Shown here: piece by piece, positions 26,862 through 36,701 of the stretch
Layout: each line of letters begins with the position of its first letter
Numbering within the stretch: the first letter of the stretch is position 1
DNA from: Candidatus Poribacteria bacterium
GTDB lineage: Bacteria; Poribacteria; WGA-4E; WGA-3G
Direction of reading: 5' to 3'
Assembly (NCBI GenBank): GCA_003635305.1
Contig: PYJE01000068.1
Location: forward strand, 21,882-68,170
Length of the DNA: 46,289 bases
The notes under the pieces: generated by a model
Told to the model about the DNA's origin: nothing
Database searches by the model: none
What the model saw: only the letters and a program-made list of their open reading frames with translations
Position numbers and translations under genes: made by a program

Positions 26862-27920
26862 TTGCAAGTGCAGTTCACGTTGGCAAATCCTTATTTAACA
26901 AACGCCTTGACAGCACCCTCACCACAGAGTTATCGCGAGGCACGGTGGTGCGAACGCGGCTATCAGCCCTCCCTCCAGCCGATTTCGCCCGACAGCGAAG
27001 CCGGCACCCTCATCGGGCAGATGGGTTGGGTAGGCGCGCACGCACATGCACACCACTATCTCTGGGCATCGGCAGGCAACATGGGCGCGATTTTATCTCA
27101 ACCAGTGGAAGAGGCATGCCTCCTCCCTTTCAACGCAGCACCGCGCTACGCACTCCCGCCGAAGATTGTCGTGAAGGGACTCGCAGGGAAACATGTGCTG
27201 CTCACGAAATCCGGCGCGCGCCTAGACATGATAGGCAGCGAGCATCCCGCACTCAACCTTACACTGATAGAGGTAGAACCGGACGGGACACACTACCGGA
27301 TGCGCTTCGGCACACCGGCACAAGCCGCGTTAACGCAAAACGAAACCGCACCCAAACCCACGAGTGAGATGTTCCACTACCTCCTCATCTTTGAAAAACT
27401 CGCGGCACAGGGATTCCACGCGCTCGTCCACTTGCAACCGAAATTTTTGAACCTTATCTCGCGCACGGAGCATGGACATCCCGACCGGTTTTACGAATTC
27501 CTGCGCGGCTATGAACCAGAAACGCCGATTATTTACGACGCATCCGGCGGCATCGGGTTTGTGCAGGAACGGGCACCCGGCATCCCAGAACTCTCCTACG
27601 AGAGCCTGCGGCTGTTTGAGAACGCGCCGAATTCGCCACGCCATATACTCTATTGGGTAGGCCACGGCACCTTCTCGCGCGGCGAAGACCCGCTCGATGC
27701 CTACAAGCATGCCGAATACTTTGAAGCAGCAGCGCGCATGGCATGGGAGGCAAACCAACAGCAAATCAACGCACAGGCATACACCGAAGAGATTATCCGT
27801 TGCATCCTGCGCGAATTTGAAGCGAATCGCACCGAAACCCGCGCAGCAGAAAACGGCACCTACGGGACAGAAATCCCCCATGCCGAAACGGAACCGGAAA
27901 ATCTCTATAATTATCCATAG
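26862..27920 (+). CDS. Class II aldolase/adducin family protein (rhamnulose-1-phosphate aldolase-like)
   Basis: 'SAGNM', 'LTKSG', 'PTSEM', 'LVHLQP', 'WVGHGTFSRG', 'EYFEAAA'. Confidence 0.7.
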   Translation: MQVQFTLANPYLTNALTAPSPQSYREARWCERGYQPSLQPISPDSEAGTLIGQMGWVGAHAHAHHYLWASAGNMGAILSQPVEEACLLPFNAAPRYALPPKIVVKGLAGKHVLLTKSGARLDMIGSEHPALNLTLIEVEPDGTHYRMRFGTPAQAALTQNETAPKPTSEMFHYLLIFEKLAAQGFHALVHLQPKFLNLISRTEHGHPDRFYEFLRGYEPETPIIYDASGGIGFVQERAPGIPELSYESLRLFENAPNSPRHILYWVGHGTFSRGEDPLDAYKHAEYFEAAARMAWEANQQQINAQAYTEEIIRCILREFEANRTETRAAENGTYGTEIPHAETEPENLYNYP

Positions 27921-27931
27921 CAACGTCACCG

Positions 27932-27958
27932 GTAGACGCGCTTCCAAACCGCACCTAC
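27932..27958 (+). repeat. Family B REP-like palindrome
   Basis: gtagacgcgcttccaaaccgcacctac. Confidence 0.7.
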
Positions 27959-27997
27959 CGTCCGCATAAGTAGAGCGAGGGGAGGCAAAATAGGACT

Positions 27998-28609
27998 ATG
28001 CAAACACCGATAACGCCACCGGAAACTACTGAAACGCAGAACACACCTGCAACCCGGCAAAACGAACTCGATGCCTACCTGCGCGAGAGCATCATCGGCA
28101 GTTACATCCGCAGCGTTAACAAGCGACTGCGGACGCTGAGCCGCGAAGTAGAAGAAAGCGAGCAGCGCGTCGATGAAAAAATCGCCGCGCTAGAAACACA
28201 ATTCCAAACCGAACTGGAGGCACTGAAGGCAGAGATTCGGAACCTGCCGCAGGGGTTGGAGTCGCTCATTGATACACGGATTGACGCAAAACTCAACGGC
28301 ATCACACACCAAGGCGAAGATGACTTACAGAAGTTGTCCAGCCTCATCAACGACTTCGCCCGCGAGTTCCAAGCACAACTGGACCGGCTCCGCACCGAAA
28401 CGCAGCGGATACGCGAGCAGACGCAACGCACGAACGAGGCACTTCGCGCAGAACTCACCGCTGAAACCGAGACGCTGGACATCGGCAAAGTAGATAGGCT
28501 CACACTCGCCGACGCACTCATTACCCTCGGCACGCAGCTTAAGGAAGAACACCCGAGCGACGTAGATCTGGACGAAGTCCTCGCGCTATCAGAAGAGCCC
28601 GAAGCGTAA
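27998..28609 (+). CDS. Coiled-coil hypothetical protein
   Basis: Heptad-rich E/L/R/Q sequence; AGGA RBS. Confidence 0.75.
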   Translation: MQTPITPPETTETQNTPATRQNELDAYLRESIIGSYIRSVNKRLRTLSREVEESEQRVDEKIAALETQFQTELEALKAEIRNLPQGLESLIDTRIDAKLNGITHQGEDDLQKLSSLINDFAREFQAQLDRLRTETQRIREQTQRTNEALRAELTAETETLDIGKVDRLTLADALITLGTQLKEEHPSDVDLDEVLALSEEPEA

Positions 28610-28622
28610 CGGAGGCACCCGC

Positions 28623-29681
28623 ATGCGCCATTTAACCAGCAGCTATAGAAATCTGTCCTTACAGTCCCTCGCAATGCTATGGCTCATTGTCGCATTACCT
28701 CCTGTTGCCGCCGAGGAAATAACCGTCCTCGCTGTCGGCGATATTACCATCGGCACGCGGTTGACACACCTCATTGAAACGGAAGGCGCGCGCGTCTTTT
28801 TTCAGGGAACCGCGAAACTCATTCAGTCCGCAGACATCGCCACCGCCTCGCTCAACACCAGCATCTCTGAGAGAGGCGAACCGCGCCACGGCATTGAGCA
28901 TCCGTTTCGGGCGGCACCGGGACTTGGCCGCGCCCTCGCCAACGCAGGATTCGATGCCATCACACTCGCTACGCCGCACAGCATGGACTTCGGCGTAGAA
29001 GCACTCCACGACAGCCTCGCCGAACTCAAGGCGTTCAACGTCACGCCAATCGGTGCAGGGCTGACAGCAGCGGCGGCGCGGCAACCGGCATGGGTAACCG
29101 TGAAAGGCACGGAAAAACAGGTGGCGTTGCTCGGCTATTATCGGCAAAGCGACTTCGCGCAATATACCGAAGACCCGGTCGCGTATGCCGTTTACAGCGA
29201 CATGGTAAACGCTGTCAAACAAGCACGCCACAAGGCAGCACTCGTCATCGTCTGGTTGCACTGGGGCACCGCCGCATCCGATGAAGCGCAGCGAGAAACG
29301 GCTCGCGGCAGACAGCAACTCTTCGCGCAAATCCTAATTGACGCAGGCGCAGACATGGTGCTTTGTCAACAGTTGCATACCCTCGGCGGAATGGAAATTT
29401 ATCGCGGGAAACCGATTGTCTACAGTCTCGCCGATTTCCTTTACGACGCTTACGCCAAACAGCACGCGCGCATCGTCATCCCGAAGGCAACGTTCGTCAA
29501 CAGCACGCTGGTATCCATAGAACTGATTCCAATCGCGACAGAGACACCGGATACCCCCTATCAACCGCAACTCCTCCACGGTGCAGCCGCCGTTGAGACG
29601 TTGCAAGACTATCAACAGCAGTGCGAGAAGTTCAACACGGAGGTAACCCTTGAAGGAGAACGTGGATGGATTCGGCCCTAA
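28623..29681 (+). CDS. CapA family (PGA-synthesis-like metallophosphoesterase fold) protein, secreted, with degenerate metal motifs
   Basis: 'LAVGDI', 'AGFD.ITLATPHSMDFG', 'HWG', 'IDAGAD', 'GKPIVYSL'; signal peptide. Confidence 0.8.
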   Translation: MRHLTSSYRNLSLQSLAMLWLIVALPPVAAEEITVLAVGDITIGTRLTHLIETEGARVFFQGTAKLIQSADIATASLNTSISERGEPRHGIEHPFRAAPGLGRALANAGFDAITLATPHSMDFGVEALHDSLAELKAFNVTPIGAGLTAAAARQPAWVTVKGTEKQVALLGYYRQSDFAQYTEDPVAYAVYSDMVNAVKQARHKAALVIVWLHWGTAASDEAQRETARGRQQLFAQILIDAGADMVLCQQLHTLGGMEIYRGKPIVYSLADFLYDAYAKQHARIVIPKATFVNSTLVSIELIPIATETPDTPYQPQLLHGAAAVETLQDYQQQCEKFNTEVTLEGERGWIRP

Positions 29682-31587
29682 TACCCTGCACCGTGGATTC
29701 ACGCCGAAAGTGGTCATCGCTGCCCTCATCCTCATACCCCTCAACGTCTTCTGGATTATTCAACTGGAGGTAGTCCGCTATACACACCCAACGCTCATCC
29801 ATCCGCTGTCCAACGTTATCTTCATCCTCTTTTGGCTGATGGTGCTCAGCGCGATGCTCAGTGCATTTTCAAAGCACTTGCGACTGTCAGGTGCCGAATT
29901 GCTCACACTCTATGTCATCTTGTGCATCGTCTCATCGCTCTGCTCGCACGATATGATGGAGATACTCGTCACAATCCTAGGACATCCGTTTCGGTTCGCA
30001 ACACCCGAAAACGAGTGGGCGCAACTCTTCTGGAAAGAACTGCCGACGTGGCTGACAGTGCAGGATGCAAGCGTCTTGTCCGGTTATTATGAAGGGAATT
30101 CTACGTTTTACGAAAAGGCACACCTCCGCGCGTGGGCCGGACCCGCCGCATGGTGGACGCTCTTCATCCTCGTGTTGATGGGCGTTATGCTCTGCATCAA
30201 CACGCTCCTCCGGCTCCAATGGACAGAACGCGAACGGTTGACATACCCGATTATCCAACTGCCGCTCGCAATGACGGAGGGACAAACAAGTTTCTTTAAA
30301 AACAAATTGATGTGGATAGGTTTCAGCATCGCCGCTGGCATCAGCATCCTGAATCTGTTGAACTCGATTTACCCGGCGGTGCCGTATCTCCCCATCAAAC
30401 GGCAAAACATTCACCAATATTTTACCGGCAGACCTTGGAATGCGATGGGCGGCGTGCGGCTCTCGTTTTATCCGTTCGCCATCGGCATTAGCTATCTCAT
30501 TCCGCTGGACCTGCTGTTTTCCTGCTGGGTCTTCTATTGGCTATATAAGTTTGAACTCATGGGCGGCAGCATCATCGGCGTGCGAAGCCTACCCGGCTTT
30601 CCGTATGCCGATGCACAAGCACTCGGCGCATATCTCGCGCTCCTCGGCAGCGCAGCGTGGATAGGCCGCTCGCACTTGAGATACATCGCCGCCTGCATGC
30701 GTGACAGCGGTGCGGACATGCGACACGAACCGATGCCCTATCGTATCGCTATCCTCGGCATTGTCGTCGGCATGCTCTTTTTGACGGTATTTTCGTATCA
30801 GGCAGGCATGTCGCTCTGGGTAATTCCCCTTTTCTTCGGGATTTACTTCCTACTGGCGACGATGATTGCACGGTTGCGCGCCGAGTTGGGGTTTCTTGTC
30901 CACGATTTGCACCAGATCGACCCGCACGGGACACTCGTTACGCTGTTTGGCACACAGCGGTTGACACCGGGAACCAAGGCGGTCTTCTCACTTTACATGT
31001 TCTTTAACCGTGCCTACCGCGCGCATCCGATGCCGCAGCAGTTGGAGGCATTCAAAATCGCCGAACGAAGGCAAATCAATCCGCGTCATACCGTCGCCGC
31101 CGTCTTCTTCGCTACTGCTATCGGTGCAGTCGTCGTCTTCTGGTTGCTGTTAGACAGTTACTATCGGCACGGTGCCGAGACCGGCTATTACGGCCCGTGG
31201 GCATTAGGCTTCGGCAGAGGTGTGTATCGGCAACTCGAAAACTGGCTGAACTATCCGCAAGGCACGGATGTCCCTGCGCTGGCGTTCGTGGGCGGCGGCT
31301 GCGCCTTTGCTGTCGGGATGATGGTGTTGCGCACCCGATTTTTGTGGTGGCCCCTGCATCCACTCGGCTATGCCATGGCGAACAGCTGGGGGATGTACAA
31401 CCTCTGGAGCTGCATCTTTGTCGCGTGGATAGCCAAGGCACTCGTGCTGCATCAAGGCGGGCTGAAGGCGTATCGACGGACAGTGCCACTCTTTCTCGGG
31501 CTCGCCCTCGGTGACTATCTCTGCGGCAGCCTGTGGAGCATCGGCAGCATCATCGCGAACACGACGCTCTATCAATTTTGGCCGTAA
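29662..31587 (+). CDS. Polytopic membrane protein, DUF6785/DUF6784-like putative transporter
   Basis: Many TM helices; 'QW...ERL.YPI.QLP', 'WWPLHPLGY', 'GG...YR...P.FLGL..G'; GTG start after AAGGAG. Confidence 0.7.
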   Translation: MDGFGPNTLHRGFTPKVVIAALILIPLNVFWIIQLEVVRYTHPTLIHPLSNVIFILFWLMVLSAMLSAFSKHLRLSGAELLTLYVILCIVSSLCSHDMMEILVTILGHPFRFATPENEWAQLFWKELPTWLTVQDASVLSGYYEGNSTFYEKAHLRAWAGPAAWWTLFILVLMGVMLCINTLLRLQWTERERLTYPIIQLPLAMTEGQTSFFKNKLMWIGFSIAAGISILNLLNSIYPAVPYLPIKRQNIHQYFTGRPWNAMGGVRLSFYPFAIGISYLIPLDLLFSCWVFYWLYKFELMGGSIIGVRSLPGFPYADAQALGAYLALLGSAAWIGRSHLRYIAACMRDSGADMRHEPMPYRIAILGIVVGMLFLTVFSYQAGMSLWVIPLFFGIYFLLATMIARLRAELGFLVHDLHQIDPHGTLVTLFGTQRLTPGTKAVFSLYMFFNRAYRAHPMPQQLEAFKIAERRQINPRHTVAAVFFATAIGAVVVFWLLLDSYYRHGAETGYYGPWALGFGRGVYRQLENWLNYPQGTDVPALAFVGGGCAFAVGMMVLRTRFLWWPLHPLGYAMANSWGMYNLWSCIFVAWIAKALVLHQGGLKAYRRTVPLFLGLALGDYLCGSLWSIGSIIANTTLYQFWP

Positions 31588-31649
31588 TTAGAATGGAATT
31601 TTCATAGCGACGTTGTGAAAACTGACTAAAAAAACTTACCCTCAGGAAC

Positions 31650-31685
31650 GTAGTCACCGACAACGTCGATGACAGCCCTGGTAAG
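31650..31685 (+). repeat. Family D REP-like element (intergenic counterpart of the fusA insert)
   Basis: gtagtcaccgac-aac-gtcgatgacagccctggtaag. Confidence 0.85.
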
Positions 31686-31740
31686 GGACGCTTCTACATA
31701 CAATGAAAGCTGCCCGAAGGCTTTGCGCCAGGAGGAAAAC

Positions 31741-34281
31741 ATGGAAACGCAAGAAAGAGCACACTCACAAAACGAACAGCAGCGCGAACCTCGCGCAACC
31801 GAAAAAAAACCGAACCGCGAGTTCCCAGTGCTTCCACTAGATGACTTGGTGGTTTTTCCGCATATGCCGCCCGTTCCGCCGTTTCCGCCGCACCACGTCG
31901 CGCTCTCCGGCGAAATGGCAACAGCCGCCTTGGAAGCCACGACGCGGAGCGAACGCGGGCTTTGCATCTTCCGGCCCAACCCCGACATCACCTATGACGG
32001 GATACCAAACATCACCAAGGCAGACCTGAGTCCTATCGGGAGCCTCGTCCACATCCTACGCTTTAAAAAAGACGATGGCGATGTCCTCTTCCTCGCGCAC
32101 GGACGCGAACGCGTCAAGATTGAGGAGATTCTCTCCACCGAACCCTTTATCTCCGCGCGCGTCGCTATCGTCAACAGCGAAGCCGAGATAGTCGATGGAC
32201 TTCACCAGAATTTGGAACTCGAAGCACTCGTTCGCAGCAACGAGGAAATGTTCCAGCGGATTGTCGCAATGTCCGGCCGCTACCAAGAAGAATACGGCGC
32301 GATTACCAAAACGATAGAACAGCCCGGCCGCCTCGCCGATTATATCGCCGCCGTGCTTGACTTAAAATCCACCGATAAGCAGCGGATTTTAGAGGCCGTG
32401 TCCGTCACGAAACGGTTGAATTCCCTCGCCATCATCCTCGCACGGGAACTCGATTTGCACGAATTGGAGAATAAAATCCAGCACAGCGCGCAATCCGTCA
32501 TTAACAAAGGCCAGCGCGAATACTATCTCCGAGAACAACTCAAAGCCATTCAGACAGAACTCGGCGAAGCGGAAGACCTCGGGCTGGAAATCGATGAACT
32601 CCGCGAACAACTCCGCACCACCGTCATGCCCGAAAAGGCGAAACAGACAGCAGAGAAGGAACTCAACCGCCTCGCGAAAATGCAGTCCTTCTCACCCGAA
32701 TCCACCGTCTCGCGGAATTACCTCGATTGGCTTCTCAACCTACCCTGGGAAGTCAGCACCGAAGATAGTTTAAACCTGCGTGCTGCAAAAACCGTTCTTG
32801 ACGAAGACCACTACGGCTTAGAGAAAGTAAAAGAGCGGATTGTCGAACACCTCGCCGTGCGAATGCTCCACACGCGGCGCGCAAAGGATAACAGTGACAC
32901 CGAACGCGACCGGCACGCCGAAACCAGCGCGGACGTTCCCGCGCAAAAGCCCGCGGCTTTTCTCACGTATGAGATGAAAAGCCCCATTTTCTGCTTTGTC
33001 GGGCCACCGGGTGTCGGCAAAACGTCCCTCGGCCGCTCCATCGCCCGCGCCATGGATAGGAAGTTCGTCCGCGTATCCCTCGGCGGTATGCACGATGAAG
33101 CAGAAATCCGCGGGCATCGCCGCACCTACATCGGCTCAATGCCGGGGCGCATTCTGAAAGGACTCCGCACCGCCGAATCCAACAATCCCATCTTCATGCT
33201 TGATGAGATTGACAAACTCGGCACCGATTTCCGCGGCGACCCGGGTGCAGCCCTGCTTGAAGTGTTGGATCCGGAGCAGAACCACGCCTTCACCGACAAC
33301 TACCTCGATGTCCCGTTCGATCTTTCCAAGGTGATGTTCATCACCACGGCGAATCAATTGGACACGATTCCCATCGCGCTGCGCGACCGGATGGAGACGC
33401 TTGAACTCGCCGGCTATACCACCAACGAGAAACTGCAGATTGCCAAGCAGTATCTCCTCCCGCGCCAACTCACCGCGAACGGCCTGACAGCGGAACAGCT
33501 GCACATTGACGACGCGGCAATTGATACCGTCATCAGCGCGTATACCCGGGAAGCAGGCGTGCGGAATTTGGAGCGTGAACTCGGCACCCTCTGCAGGAAA
33601 GAAGCACGCCGTATCGCTGAAGGCATGACAGCCGGAACAACGAAGATTTCGGCGAAAAGCATCCCCGATTACCTCGGGCCAGAAAAGTTCACCGCCGAAG
33701 TCGCCGGCCGCAAGGCGGAAATCGGCATCGCCACCGGGCTCTCTGTCACCCCCGCAGGCGGCGAAATCCTGTTCGTGGAGGTAGCCACCTATTCCCGCAC
33801 CGCTGGTGAGAGAGAACGCGCGCAGCCATCACAACTCCGCATCACCGGACAACTCGGAAATGTGATGCAGGAATCGGCGCAGACCGCGCTCAGCTACGTC
33901 AAATCGCAAGCGGCCGCACTACACTTTAACCCGGGCGCGTTGGATACCGACATCCACATCCATGTGCCCGCCGGCGCGATTCCAAAGGACGGGCCCTCTG
34001 CAGGCATTACGATTGCTACCGCACTCGCTTCCATCGCCACGGGGAAAAGCATCAGTCCGGATATCGCGATGACCGGCGAACTCACACTGCGAGGCAGAGT
34101 CTTGCCCATCGGCGGACTCAAGGAGAAAATCCTCGCCGCCAAACAAGCAGGCATCAAGAAGATTATCGTCCCGCGCGGCAACGAAAACCATTTTGTCGAC
34201 ATCCCGGAAGACATTCAATCCGGGATAACGTTCCGCTTCGTGGAATTTATGAGCGAAGTTTTCCAGGAGATATTCTCATGA
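31741..34281 (+). CDS. lon: ATP-dependent Lon protease
   Basis: 'GPPGVGKTS', 'RGHRRTYIG', 'LDEIDK', 'PKDGPSAG' (Ser), 'IGGLKEK' (Lys); GGAGG RBS. Confidence 0.96.
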   Translation: METQERAHSQNEQQREPRATEKKPNREFPVLPLDDLVVFPHMPPVPPFPPHHVALSGEMATAALEATTRSERGLCIFRPNPDITYDGIPNITKADLSPIGSLVHILRFKKDDGDVLFLAHGRERVKIEEILSTEPFISARVAIVNSEAEIVDGLHQNLELEALVRSNEEMFQRIVAMSGRYQEEYGAITKTIEQPGRLADYIAAVLDLKSTDKQRILEAVSVTKRLNSLAIILARELDLHELENKIQHSAQSVINKGQREYYLREQLKAIQTELGEAEDLGLEIDELREQLRTTVMPEKAKQTAEKELNRLAKMQSFSPESTVSRNYLDWLLNLPWEVSTEDSLNLRAAKTVLDEDHYGLEKVKERIVEHLAVRMLHTRRAKDNSDTERDRHAETSADVPAQKPAAFLTYEMKSPIFCFVGPPGVGKTSLGRSIARAMDRKFVRVSLGGMHDEAEIRGHRRTYIGSMPGRILKGLRTAESNNPIFMLDEIDKLGTDFRGDPGAALLEVLDPEQNHAFTDNYLDVPFDLSKVMFITTANQLDTIPIALRDRMETLELAGYTTNEKLQIAKQYLLPRQLTANGLTAEQLHIDDAAIDTVISAYTREAGVRNLERELGTLCRKEARRIAEGMTAGTTKISAKSIPDYLGPEKFTAEVAGRKAEIGIATGLSVTPAGGEILFVEVATYSRTAGERERAQPSQLRITGQLGNVMQESAQTALSYVKSQAAALHFNPGALDTDIHIHVPAGAIPKDGPSAGITIATALASIATGKSISPDIAMTGELTLRGRVLPIGGLKEKILAAKQAGIKKIIVPRGNENHFVDIPEDIQSGITFRFVEFMSEVFQEIFS

Positions 34282-36518
34282 GAAAGCACACAGGCCCCAA
34301 CCACACAGGAGGCGCGCTTTCAAAGCGCGCACACCGCAACGTCATCACACTGCTCGTGCTGTTCACGGTGATGCTGACATCCGCGCACGCAAACATCATG
34401 ACAAGCGAAACGCCGCAGTTCCTCAAAGATGTCGCCCCGATTTTGGATAAACAGGGATGCTCCATCGGAATGTGTCACGGCAAATTCGGTGGGCAAGGCG
34501 GGTTCAACCTCTCGCTGCTCACGCTCAACCCCGAATCTGATTACAAACCGATTGTCCATCACAACCGCGGCAGACGTATCAACCTGCTTGAACCGGAACA
34601 AAGCCTCTTCCTGCTCAAGCCGACCGGGCAGGTGCCGCATGAAGGCGGCCTGCGGTTTGAGCCGGGCTCTGATGAGGCGTTAACGATTCTGCTCTGGATT
34701 GAAGCCGGTGCTCCGTTTCCCACCGATGCACCACGCCTCGCAAAATTGGAAATTCAGCCCAACGAACTCGTGCTGACATCGCCCAACGCGCCTGCACAAC
34801 TGGAAGTGCTCGCGCACTGGACAGATGGGAGTGTAGAAGATGTCACAGCGCAAGTTGTCTATGAATCGAAGGACCCGGCCATCGCCGAAGTCAGCGAGAC
34901 AGGTGAAGTTACGCGTCTCCGCTGGGGTGGCACCGCCATTCTCGCGCGCTACCTCGGCGAGGTAACCGCGGCGTTCATCACGCTGCCACGCGAGACAGCC
35001 ATCGCAGACACAGATTTCCCCGCGACAGCGAACTACATTGACGAACGCGTCTTCGCAAAACTGAAGAAATTGAACGTTCAACCCTCGGCACTCATCACCG
35101 ATACCGAGTTCCTCCGCCGAGTTTATCAGGATACCATCGGTAGGTTACCGACACCGGCAGAAATCCGCGCGTTCCTTGCCGATACGCATCCAGACAAACG
35201 CGCGCGGTGCATCGACAAACTGCTCGATACTTCGGCGTGGATAGATGTGCGCACGCTCGCGCTCGCCGATATGCTGCGTATTCATCCCCGCGACTTGGGC
35301 AACGGCGCGTTCGGCGAACGCGGCGCGACGCTCTTTCACGAATGGGTGCGCGATACCGTCGCGCAGAACAAACCTTACGACGCATTCGTGCACGAACTCA
35401 TCACCGCACGCGGCAGCACTTATCAGCACGGCCCGACGAACTACTACCGCATCGAACGGCAACCCGCAGGTAGAGCCGAAACAACCGCACAAGTGTTCCT
35501 TGGCATTCGTCTCAGCTGCGCGCGATGCCATAAACATCCGTTCGACCGGTGGACAACCGACGATTACTGGAATTTCGCCGCATTCACGGGGAAAGTCGGC
35601 ACCCGCACCGGTGAACTCTACAACGAACAGGTTGTCTACTACAATCCGACAGGGCGCGTCATCAACCAATCCGTTCAGGGGAACCGCGGCGAAGTCGCGC
35701 AGCCGACATTCCTCGCCGGCACAACACTCCCCGCAAACTATCAAGGCGATGTGCTACACCGCCTCGCCGATTGGATGACCTCGGGGACGAACCCTTACTT
35801 CGCCAAAGCCACCGTCAACCGCATCTGGAGCCACTATTTCGGACGCGGCATCGTGGAACCGGTGGACGACATGCGCGCCACAACGCCACCGAGTGTGGAC
35901 GGATTGCTGGAAGCACTCGCCGCTGCTTTTGTCGCAAGCGGGTTTGATACCAAGCACATCATCCGGCAGATACTCAATTCGCGCACATACCAACTCTCCG
36001 CCGTGCCGAACGAGACGAATGAACTCGATGACAGGTTCTTCTCGCGATTCACACCGCGCCCAATGAACGCGCACATCTTGCTCGATGTGCTTAACGATGT
36101 AACTGGCACACAGGAGAAATATGGGCGGTATCCGATAGGCACGCGCACAGTGCAACTGCCGCTGCCTGTCAGTTCCCGCTTCTTGTCGCTGTTCGGCCGT
36201 TCCCAGCGGGAGTTCCTCGGCAACCTCGCACCGAAACTAGAACCGACGTTGACGCAGGCACTCCATCTCATTAACGCGCCGTATGTGCAGAAAAAATTGC
36301 GGAGTCGGGACGGGGCCCTCACGCGCTTATTGAAAACGCATCATGAGAATAGGGAACTCATTACCGAACTGTATCTGCGCACGTTGAGCCGTTTCCCGAC
36401 AGAAAAGGAACTTGCAACGGCGGAAGCCTACCTTGCCGAGAGCCCGAAACGGCGCGAAGGAAGCGAAGACTTGCTGTGGGCCCTCATCTCCTCGCGTGCG
36501 TTCCTTTTCGTCCAATGA
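34278..36518 (+). CDS. DUF1549/DUF1553 (planctomycete cytochrome-c-type) secreted protein with Ig-like domain
   Basis: 'CSIGMCHG', 'FLRRV..D..GRLPT..E', CxxCH 'CARCH', 'NPYFA...VNR.W...FGRG.VEP.DD', 'LTQAL.L.N'. Confidence 0.9.
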   Translation: MRKHTGPNHTGGALSKRAHRNVITLLVLFTVMLTSAHANIMTSETPQFLKDVAPILDKQGCSIGMCHGKFGGQGGFNLSLLTLNPESDYKPIVHHNRGRRINLLEPEQSLFLLKPTGQVPHEGGLRFEPGSDEALTILLWIEAGAPFPTDAPRLAKLEIQPNELVLTSPNAPAQLEVLAHWTDGSVEDVTAQVVYESKDPAIAEVSETGEVTRLRWGGTAILARYLGEVTAAFITLPRETAIADTDFPATANYIDERVFAKLKKLNVQPSALITDTEFLRRVYQDTIGRLPTPAEIRAFLADTHPDKRARCIDKLLDTSAWIDVRTLALADMLRIHPRDLGNGAFGERGATLFHEWVRDTVAQNKPYDAFVHELITARGSTYQHGPTNYYRIERQPAGRAETTAQVFLGIRLSCARCHKHPFDRWTTDDYWNFAAFTGKVGTRTGELYNEQVVYYNPTGRVINQSVQGNRGEVAQPTFLAGTTLPANYQGDVLHRLADWMTSGTNPYFAKATVNRIWSHYFGRGIVEPVDDMRATTPPSVDGLLEALAAAFVASGFDTKHIIRQILNSRTYQLSAVPNETNELDDRFFSRFTPRPMNAHILLDVLNDVTGTQEKYGRYPIGTRTVQLPLPVSSRFLSLFGRSQREFLGNLAPKLEPTLTQALHLINAPYVQKKLRSRDGALTRLLKTHHENRELITELYLRTLSRFPTEKELATAEAYLAESPKRREGSEDLLWALISSRAFLFVQ

Positions 36519-36588
36519 AGCTCTTTCGTATTGGCGCAAAGCGTTCGGCGAGCATCTCCTGCTTTATCGGGCACTCTCGCCGTAATCC

Positions 36589-36612
36589 GTCATCGTCGTT
36601 GACGATGACTCC
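36589..36612 (-). repeat. Family D REP-like hairpin
   Basis: gtcatcgtc-gtt-gacgatgac, perfect 9-bp stem; minus strand reads GGAG-TCATCGTCAACGACGATGAC. Confidence 0.7.
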
Positions 36613-36701
36613 GCGCTTGATGCAATTTTCTTGAAAAATTCAGGATTTGGGTTTACTCGAGGCAACCCCCACAGTTGTTTCGGCGTAACGGAGGAAAACC
36701 G

